Below are positions 54,648 to 64,000 of a stretch of DNA of 64,000 nucleotides, piece after piece. Source of the stretch: Eledone cirrhosa (lineage: Eukaryota); NCBI GenBank assembly GCA_964016885.1, contig OZ024742.1, positions 334,304,001 to 334,368,000 of the forward strand, in the 5' to 3' direction. The first letter of the stretch is position 1, and every line of letters starts with the position of its first letter. The notes under the pieces are model-generated. The model was not told where the DNA came from. It saw only the letters and a program-made list of their open reading frames with translations, and did no database searches. Made by a program: the position numbers and the translations under genes.

Positions 54648-54873
54648 AATAAACGAAGCCAAATTTTAAACATTTGACTTATTTATTTTATTTTATTTTA
54701 TTTTACATTACTCCGGAGTAACCAAACCAACCTGCGCACTTCGTCGGGTGCTTCAATATATACATGTATGTATGTATATATATATATATATATCGCACAA
54801 TTACACACACATATATATACCTGTATATGTGCATGTGTGTGGTCTTGTGTACCAATATATATGTTTATATGTA

Positions 54874-54914
<41 letters not shown>

Positions 54915-55386
54915 ATGTGTCTCTGTGTATTTGTGCGCGCGTGTGTGTGTTTTTGTCTGTGCGTGTATGTGTATTTGTGAATGTTGATGTATGTGTGTTG
55001 TATATTTGTGGGGGGGGGGGTATATGTGTGTGTGTGTGTGTGCGTGATATAATTGCATACATGATTTCTTTTAAATATTAAAAACTCTGATAATTTTATT
55101 TGAAGTTAAAAAAAGAGGATCACGTCAAACATATGAATTACATTTCAAGCTAGGAAATTGCCTCAAAATGATAAATGCCTCCATTATAAAAAATATATTA
55201 AAATCACCATTAAATGACATTTTAATCAACTATATAACGTTTGTAGATATAAACCGCATTGTAATCTACTTTTAATTTCATGTGCTTATGCCGGATGTGT
55301 TGAGTCTCTGTACACGGATTAATTTCTATTTAAACTGTTCTTGTTAAGTGCTGCCAGAGTTGTTTGAGAAGCTTTTTTTTTTTTTA

Positions 55387-55521
<135 letters not shown>

Positions 55522-55650
55522 CAAAAATAACAAAACCAACGGCACAGTACATGGAATAAATATATTAGTTTAACGCTTGATATAGCATGAAGATAGTAAT
55601 AATGTTTCAGACGCTAGTCCTTAATCAGATGATAGAGTTAGAAATAGAAG

Positions 55651-55825
55651 ATAATTGTTTCTACTATTGGCACAAGGCCAGCAATTACTCAGTGCATTAC
55701 TGGTACTTTATTTTATCGACCTCGTAAGGATGAAAGGCAAAGTTAACCTCGGCGCGATTTGAACTCAGAATGGCAAGGGCCGTAACTCTATGCGTCAAAG
55801 CATGGCGTCCGACCCTCTACCAATC
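55651..55825 (-). mobile_element. Meta-domain tRNA-SINE inserted into an older HHR-like repeat (55525-55920, homologous to 29555-29750)
   Basis: TSD-like gaagataat at both ends. Confidence 0.85.
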
Positions 55826-55957
55826 CTGAAGATAATAGAAGATAAATAGAAGGTAAAGAGTGAAAAGTGGAAGGAAGCGGGTAAATGAGAAAAAATTGGC
55901 GGAGGAAGAAAAGAACACACGTGCGCATATATATATATATAAATATATATATATATA

Positions 55958-56187
55958 AGGAAAGAAATGAAATCGAATATGCAACTGGAGTCTTATTAAG
56001 AATATTTAAATGTATCCTTTACCGATTTCAGAGTTCTTTCACAGTGCCTTTTCTTAGGTAAAGGAAACAACTACATACTCTAAAAAAGACCCCAGTTGCA
56101 TTTTCGATTTCATTTTTTTCCTTCTACTTTCACTCGTGTAGGACATCTCCTTTTTTTTTTCATTTAAAAAAATCCCATTATTTTCTC

Positions 56188-56190
<3 letters not shown>
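55958..56190. mobile_element. Diverged fold-back of the 48900-type pLTR
   Basis: atgaaatcgaatatgcaactgg inverted to ccagttgcattttcgatttcat; tail ttcactcgtgtaggacatct shared with 30140 and 49050. Confidence 0.65.
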
Positions 56191-56267
<77 letters not shown>

Positions 56268-57519
56268 CATCAACAGGACTAGAGCTCTTTCAGTTGTATG
56301 AAATCATCAGGAATGTCGTGCGTTCTTTTTTAACTGTGGTTACCCTACCACTCGACATATCTCGTACTTCATGATTATAAATATACTCCGGAGTTAACAG
56401 ACCCACTTCTGTACTTCGTCGAGTGTTCTACCCTGCATACTAAAGTGTCGGTGATAAACTAACACATACTCTAATTAATTAGCAGTATCAGATATTTATA
56501 TTGAAAGTTGCATCTCAGATCTTACATTACATATTATTCGATATAATTTTTATTTTTATCTTTTATCTCATATCATTTTATTACATTGCATTGTGCTTTT
56601 ATTATACTATATATTTCAGATATAACTTGTGTAAACATTAACCTACAGGTTTTCTTATACCTTAAATGTGGTACCACATGTCTCAGTAGGGTCCCCGTTC
56701 CAAAAGCTTCAACGAAGTGTTAATGATTATCATTCTTAATTGCATTTCTCTATCTCTTACATTTATTTACCATCCATTAATATTATATTTAATTATCAAC
56801 CCATGAAATTCACTCACTGCCTAACATTCGATATAGTTATCTTGTATTATAATAACTACACAGGGACATACATACTACATAATATAAAACTTCTATATTT
56901 TCATATTTTAACTTATAGTATATAATTATATCATATCCCATATGGAATCTAATATTCAGCGACGCATAAGACCCAACACTCCCAAAATATTTACTTTCAT
57001 TTTATTTTAATTTAATTTAAATCTAACTTAATTTCATTACATTTTATCTTTTATTTCTTCAGTTCTACCTTTAACTATATAGTTGCATTTGTACCTATCT
57101 ATATAGTTGCTAACAGAAATTAAATATAACTAGACAAGCTTGCACTCTATGCATATGACCTCCTACAGTCTATGGTTTTACTTGCTATATACAAATGAGC
57201 ATCGCCAACATGTGATAACCATGCAACATTCTTTATAGACAATAGTCTATTCCATGCCAGTATGCTCTGATTTAGTGTCAGTGTTGAAAGTTTAACAAAT
57301 CTTGAAACAACGTTGTTTGCTACTCTCAGAATACACAGGCCACTATATGATATAAACATAAAGAAAAACAGAGAACAATCAAATTTCTTTCGTTCCGTTT
57401 GGTTACGAAAAAGTATTTGTCTTTGGCATCGAGATTACCCATATATATACACATATATATATACATATATATATATTCATATATATCTATATGTTTTTAT
57501 TTATATACTTATATATATG

Positions 57520-57621
<102 letters not shown>

Positions 57622-57622
57622 C

Positions 57623-57714
<92 letters not shown>

Positions 57715-57761
57715 CAGGAAAGAAGGTTGACATGGTTTGCTAATCAAAAAAGGTTTTTAAT

Positions 57762-57880
57762 CTCATAGCTGACAATTGTTTCTCTGAACTGGTAGGTCTA
57801 GAGATCGCTATTCGCTTATTTTCACGTTACTCGATCGCCAATACAAAATTATAACCAGTCAGATCTTCGGAGCATGCGAG
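57762..57880 (-). ncRNA. Hammerhead-like motif with ~80-nt stem II and CCGAAGA core
   Basis: gct-CCGAAGA-tctgactggt...accagttcaga-GAAA-caattg-TC-agc; palindromic stem III. Confidence 0.65.
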
Positions 57881-58265
57881 AATGAAGAGAATACACAGGC
57901 AAGAAAAGAATATACAGGCTACTGTATGAAGTAGTAATGGCATTCAATTAGAACAATAACAACAATTACAACAATGCTATTAATAAATTATTTGAGGAGA
58001 CCCTGACATTACTTAGGTGGGGGTATAATGTATCTAACATTACGGCGTGTAAAACTAGCTGTCATGAGGCAAAAGTAAGAGTTTGGCATGTACAGAGTAT
58101 GGAAGTGTGTATCAATTTTAAATTATAAAGATAAGCCAGTGTTTACAGTCTTTCTTTTCATCTTCAATAGCATACATGAGTGGGACAACACTGTCAAAGC
58201 TAAATAATTGTTGTGTTAATACAGAGGTTAACGAGGTAATATACGCATATATTTACACACACACA

Positions 58266-58345
<80 letters not shown>

Positions 58346-58663
58346 CACATGCATGTGTACATAGACACATACATACACATCAATATACACTCGTACACAA
58401 ATATACATACATGCAAAGAGATAAGCGTGCTAATTGTAATTATGGCAAAAGGAAGGTAAAGTTACATTGTAATAGTGATTTGAGAAAAACTAGTATTTAG
58501 GATCAAATGATGGCAGCAGCTGAGAAGGAATAAGTTTGTAGGTAGATGAGGTAATTAAAGACATTTGTGTGGTATAGACTTGTGAAGGATATAGTATACT
58601 TAATGAATATATTTCTGTGGGTAGTAGGTATCCTAATTTAAAGCTATGTTGTGTTGGTTCGAT

Positions 58664-60178
58664 TCACGGAGGTTTGAATCTTATGAATTTAGTGGCTATT
58701 CTATGTCTGCAGAAGATAGATCTTTCTAACTTATTGTTAAGTAGCCTTTTTACATTTTTGAGGATATACAATAGCTCAAGATCACATAGCCGGCAGTGGG
58801 ACATCCCTGTACTATAGGTTTTAGCAGCCGACAACTTCGACCAGTTGATACTGTAGTTAGTGCTGCTGTCCTTCAGTTCCCATATTTTTTTGGCGAGGGT
58901 TGTGGAACCCATAAGTGCACGGTTTTTCATTGAGTGTCTGTGCACATACCATCTTTTTTTAAAAGAACCCGCGGTGGATCCTATGTAATTCCAGGTGGAG
59001 TTACCCGAGATGACCCTGCACATGTACACTAGGCTCGAATCGAGACATCTGTTCGCCAATGGGCACCTATCTGGTAGGTGACAGTTACAGTTTGAGGCGC
59101 TATTTTGTGCAGCTTTTACATTCCTGTTTAGTACTCTGTTATAAGTGGGTTGTGATATATGCCCAATGGGGTTTTGCTGCTGCGCGTTTGTATGCGCTTG
59201 TGGTTGTGATGTTGTGATGTGTTTGTGCTTATAATTTGGGGCTACGTTATGTATAGGTGCAGTTGATTTACTAGAGATATTTCTGTGGTTGATCTTGCGT
59301 ATGTGTGATTCTAAGTTAGCTGCTGTTGAGTATGAGAGTTTTATAGTAGATCTATTGAGTATTTTCTGATATCTATGCGAGATAGGGAAGTGTTTATCTA
59401 TTAGTTTAAAGAATGTAGAGGGCAGTCTAGTTTTTATAGAGGAGTTGAATATTGGGTTGAACCATAGGTATTTTCTTTGCCTGTTTCTTCTATTGTTTCC
59501 TGAGTTTACGTTATTAGTGTTTTGGCCGTTTACTCCAGGTGTTACGTGTCTAACCCTATGTCTAGTCAAGTTATTTCTATTATTATGTGAGCGGTTGGAG
59601 TAGTAATTACTAGGATAGTTTACGTTGTCCTTATTCACTATATACTGCAGTTTATCTTTATGACCGGCCCTACGTAATGCTGCATTATAATAGTCAGCAT
59701 GCTCGTTAAAGATTTCTAGGTTTGAGGATAAGCGGGATATTCGAAGGGATATACTACGTGCTATGGATCTAATTATGGATTTGGGGTGATTTGAGTTGTA
59801 ACTAATGTAGGCAAGATTTTCATTATTTTTGTGGAAAGGTTCTATTAATCCAGTATTTAGATTTAGAGTCACATCTAGAAAATTTACCTTCTTATGGTTT
59901 AGTTCGTAGGTAATACTTAGGCCTAGTTTTTTGAAGAATATTCTAATTTTTTTTCTTAGTCTTTCCATGCTCTGGTTGTTTAGGTTCCTAGCTATAAGTA
60001 ACGTGTCGTCCCTATAAATTCCTCCTTGGAGGTTACTGAATTCCTTATGTAGGTTGTGTGCTATGAATAGCCCCACGATATCTGTGATTTGCGCAGAATC
60101 ATTTGATCCCATTGTTATATCGAAGCTATTTATTCTATCCTTTCTTACCCAGTAGCTATTTTCAAATTTTATGTATAG
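58664..60178 (-). CDS. PLE reverse transcriptase C-terminal half + thumb + GIY-YIG endonuclease (uninterrupted but 5'-truncated)
   Basis: ITMGSNDSAQITD, GGIYRDDTL, VNFLDVTLNL, SNHPKSII, WFNPIF, CNC..CPL, LVYMCRV..YIGST..FKKRW..H, CRLCDLE, CRHR. Confidence 0.9.
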   Translation of the reverse strand, partial: LYIKFENSYWVRKDRINSFDITMGSNDSAQITDIVGLFIAHNLHKEFSNLQGGIYRDDTLLIARNLNNQSMERLRKKIRIFFKKLGLSITYELNHKKVNFLDVTLNLNTGLIEPFHKNNENLAYISYNSNHPKSIIRSIARSISLRISRLSSNLEIFNEHADYYNAALRRAGHKDKLQYIVNKDNVNYPSNYYSNRSHNNRNNLTRHRVRHVTPGVNGQNTNNVNSGNNRRNRQRKYLWFNPIFNSSIKTRLPSTFFKLIDKHFPISHRYQKILNRSTIKLSYSTAANLESHIRKINHRNISSKSTAPIHNVAPNYKHKHITTSQPQAHTNAQQQNPIGHISQPTYNRVLNRNVKAAQNSASNCNCHLPDRCPLANRCLDSSLVYMCRVISGNSTWNYIGSTAGSFKKRWYVHRHSMKNRALMGSTTLAKKIWELKDSSTNYSINWSKLSAAKTYSTGMSHCRLCDLELLYILKNVKRLLNNKLERSIFCRHRIATKFIRFKPP

Positions 60179-60347
60179 CAAACCATGTCAACCTTCTTTC
60201 CTGATTTATTATTACTCCAAGTGTTTACAACATAGGAATTACGGCATACCCGCAGCACCACTATGAAAACGCCTTGTTGAGTCAAACCAAGCCAAGCGTT
60301 AATATCATCCACTACCTGGAATACCATAAACTATTATTTGTTACCCC

Positions 60348-60432
<85 letters not shown>

Positions 60433-60509
60433 CTTATATATATATTTATAAACATATATATACATATATATTTATATACTCATATATATATTTATATACA
60501 TATATATAC

Positions 60510-60836
60510 ATATCCAAAATTAAGATAATCAAAATTATGGGTGTCATGCCAGAAAGACATGCGCCATATCACCCGCAAAATAAGCTCTAAGATTCTAACG
60601 AATAGGTCCGAGCATTTTATAATAACTAGAAATTGATTAACATATAAATAAACATGAATAATCACAGAAAAATTATTTCCTGTGATTATTCATGTTTATT
60701 TATATGTTAATCAATTTCTAGTTATTATAAAATGCTCGGACCTATTCGTTAGAATCTTAGAGCTTATGTTGCGGGTGATATGGCGCATGTCTTTCTGGCA
60801 TGACACCCATAATTTTGATTATCTTAATTTTGGATA
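60510..60836. repeat. ~325-bp near-perfect palindrome (about 157-bp arms, ~12-nt centre)
   Basis: tatccaaaattaagataatc..aataatcacag / ctgtgattatt..gattatcttaattttggata with about one mismatch. Confidence 0.95.
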
Positions 60837-61227
60837 TAGATATATAAATACGGCTCCTTAATTGTAGAGCAAACTCTGTGGAAAGGATTTGACTGCTGTT
60901 TCTAGTTGTCGATAACCCTATTCACGCCACTATGACGAAGCTGGTATGATGTGTGTATTTCTAGTAGATACAGCACGTGTTGCTGGCAGTCGCTGATTTG
61001 AACTTGAAGTGTAAACATAGATCGTTGGACTTCTTCCTTGTTGAAAATCCAAGTACCGGCCTCCATGGTTTACCATTCGATTAATTGGTGAAATATATTT
61101 CTTTAATGGAATATATACAGGGAAGATTAATCATATTATAAGGTATCTATTTTTGAAGTTCTGGTTAACTTTATTTAGCTACCTACCTAGCTATGTGTGC
61201 TTACACACATGTAAACATTAGCTCCTG

Positions 61228-61416
61228 GGCGGTGGATTGGCAGTATCGGTGGAGAGTCGGACGCCATGCTTTCCAGCATAGTTAGGTCCCTTTACGATCT
61301 GAGTTCAAATCCCGCCGAGGTTGACTTTGCCTTTCATCCTTACGGGGTCGATAAAATAAAGTACCAGTAATGCACTGTGTAATTGCTGGCCTTGTGCCTA
61401 AAGTAGAAACAATTAT
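61228..61416 (+). mobile_element. Meta-domain tRNA-SINE
   Basis: Full-length copy: ggcggtggattggcagtatcgg..gagttcaaatcccgcc..gtagaaacaattat. Confidence 0.9.
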
Positions 61417-61493
61417 CTCCTGTGATTATTCCTGTTTATTTATATGTTAATCAATTTCTAATTATTATATATACATATATATATTTATATACT

Positions 61494-61566
<73 letters not shown>

Positions 61567-61576
61567 ATTCATATAT

Positions 61577-61612
<36 letters not shown>

Positions 61613-61758
61613 ATAATAATAAATTTGAAGACTAAAATCCAAAGAGGGCTCGATAAGGATAAATATATATCAAATATATAAGAACCGTAGAGCAAATATT
61701 TATTAAAATAACAGATTAAACTTTAATCTGTTATTTCAATAAATATATATATATATAT

Positions 61759-61790
<32 letters not shown>

Positions 61791-62512
61791 ATATATATAT
61801 GTTTGTCTGTGCGTGTCTGTTTGTATGATTCGCTCCATGTATAGACCTACGTTTAAAAATAAATAGACCGCATTGCATATACATTTTATGAACGCAATAT
61901 CTCCATCAATTTATTTTTCTACACTAAATGAAATTGAATTTCATTTAATTTATCTTTCCGTTTTTCTTAAACATGGCGTTTAAATTTTGTTTACACAAAA
62001 GACTTATTAGTTTCCCAAGTAACCAAACCTGTTGCTATTCCAATAATTCTAGTAGCGTCGCTGTTGCGATCATGCGCTTTATTGTGGTTTTTGTGGTTAT
62101 TGCAACGATTTTGCTTTTGTTTTGATTTTTGCCTGTTAAATACGCCGTTTAATGTGTTTAACAGAGTAGCCAATTTGAAAAGCAACGATTTTCTTTTTAT
62201 TATTATTGTTGTTTTTAAGTGTGATAGATTGCAGTATTGCTAGAGCCCTCCGGAGAAAATACATGGCGACATTTATTCTGACTCTTTACTTTATGATTTC
62301 AAATCCCGCCTGGGTCAACTTTGTCTTTGATCATGACGGAGTCGATAAAATAATGTACCCGTCAAATATTGAAGTCGATTTAATTGGTTTTCTTTTCTCA
62401 CATATTGCAGGCTTTTAGGTCTAACGATAGAGACATTGTTGTGTTCTGTTAGTTGTGTTATTGAATTACTTGTCTTTTTTGCCATTGAAAATCTGTTGAT
62501 ATTATTGTATTG

Positions 62513-62688
62513 GGCAGTATCGGTAGTGGGTCGGACACCATGCTTTGACGCATAGAGTTACGGCCCTTGCCATTCTGAGTTCAAATCCCACCGAGCTTAA
62601 ACTTTGCCTTTCATCCTTATGGGGTCGATAAAATAAGTACAGTAATGCACTGGGTAATTGCTGGCCTTGTGCCAAAAGTAGAAATATT
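62513..62688 (+). mobile_element. Meta-domain tRNA-SINE
   Basis: Near full-length copy. Older degenerate relatives at ~11870-12020, 22010-22230, 33655-33790 and 62270-62400. Confidence 0.85.
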
Positions 62689-64000
62689 GTATTACTGTAG
62701 ATGTTGCTTCTGTATTTCTACTGATATGTGTGTGTTTGTTGAGTTCCCTATTTTACGTCTGTTGTTCTTCTGTTTAATGTTATTGTACTTCTGTTGCTGT
62801 GCATCTATTGGTGTTATTGTATTTCGTCGATGCTGGTGTACTTTCGTTGATGTACTTCTATTGATATATTTCTGTAGTTCATGTTCATGTTTAAACTTTT
62901 GTTTGATGCTGTATTTTTTGTATTTTTTATTATGGCATGTTGGTGAATGTTTGGTACTTTGTGTACCGTTGTACTTCAGAGACTGTTCTACTTCAGTGAC
63001 TGTTGTTATACTTCTCTGAATGCTGTACTTCGGTTGATATATTCCGTTGTTGTATTTCTGTTGATATTAAAATTGGGTTTCTCTTCATGTTATTGCACTT
63101 CCCTTGATGTTGGCATTGTTAGTCATTTCGTCGTGATATTGTTGTTATTATTAACGTTTTCTCTATGTAATGATGTTTTTATCGTTATGGCTGTTGTTGG
63201 GTATATTAATAGTTCGTAGTTATTGCTCTTATTAATGTTCTTTTCTTCGTTTCATTTAGATTAACTCCCGTCACTCGTCTCTTTTACCTTTACGCCATTT
63301 TTTGTTTGTCCTCACCACAATATTCTTTTCTCTTACTACCTTCCCTTCTTCGTCGTTTCCTTTATCTTTTCTCCTCTCCTCGTTGTACTCTCTATATGTC
63401 TAATATTTCTCACAATACATCTTTCCGTAATAATATTTCTCATATTTCTTTGCTCTCCTTCTTCTTCTAGTCTTCCTTCTGTTCAATGCCGTTAACACTG
63501 TTACACTGCTACGTGTTACAGTGATGTACATCTTTTTTAATATGGTTTGTACTTATATGCATTGTTGGGTTGGCTATATTTATTGCAGCTATTGTTTTTT
63601 TTTATAATGCTTCTCATTAAATATGAGGTTCATTGGTACATGTTCGTGTCGTTATTGTTGCAGGCAACAATTACACTAATATATTGTATTTGATGATGTT
63701 GTATTTCACGTGGTACTTGTATTTCTATCATACTCATTGATATGAATATTGTGATATTCTGAAATTGTGTTAGGCGTGGTTGCTGTATTTGTATGGTTGT
63801 GGAAAGATAGTTCTTTACATTATTTTGTGTTCGGTGGGCTCATTCATTCTTGGGGTTATCGCTTGTTCTTCTATGCAATAGTTTATTTGCTACTTGGCGA
63901 GTCATGTGATTCCTCAGATTCGTTCTATGAATTTAACTTATTTCAAATGTAATACTCTGAGTTGGTGCGGGGAGGCAACACTCTACATCTCTGTTTAAAT

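Larger units (their letters stand above)
57710..60348 (-). mobile_element. 5'-truncated Penelope-like element (Naiad-like) with short inverted end and tail
   Basis: 57710-57742 is inverted at 60176-60207, followed by a ~140-bp tail; (TA)n both sides. Confidence 0.88.

Noticed and set aside
56275-56318. Minus-strand CTGATGA..GAAA-gagctc-TA hammerhead-like motif
   Set aside because: Core and palindromic stem III are present but stems I and II do not pair; at best a decayed copy.
57265-57322. gaaacaacgttgttt palindrome resembling a hammerhead stem III
   Set aside because: No convincing upstream core or stem II.
61228-61320. tRNA gene (A and B boxes)
   Set aside because: Head of a multi-copy SINE; no proper cloverleaf or terminator.

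Overview
Eukaryotic, AT-rich, microsatellite-dense DNA with no confidently identifiable host gene. The repeat content (Meta-domain tRNA-SINEs, RTE remnant, (TA)n/(TAA)n tracts) suggests an octopus/cephalopod genome; this is inference. Contents: (1) at least five 5'-truncated Penelope-like elements (PLEs; GIY-YIG, one with RT) plus several tiny fold-back remnants, nearly all embedded in (TA)n; (2) about 16 recognisable hammerhead ribozyme (HHR) motifs plus a few degenerate ones, from about 8 families, three of which use a compensatory U3:A8 core (UUGANAA); (3) a non-coding 465-nt HHR-bearing unit at 2330-3432, present as two head-to-head, circularly permuted, greater-than-unit-length arms, consistent with a retrozyme/circular-RNA replicon mobilised by PLE machinery (strongest candidate for a novel system); (4) a head-to-tail array of R4/Dong-type RT-RLE LINEs in a (TAA)n tract with a possible intron in the 5' leader; (5) degenerate mariner, RTE and Tx1-like fragments and many SINEs. 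Most ORF-track entries are microsatellite artefacts. All coordinates and pairings were read by eye and may be off by a few bases.
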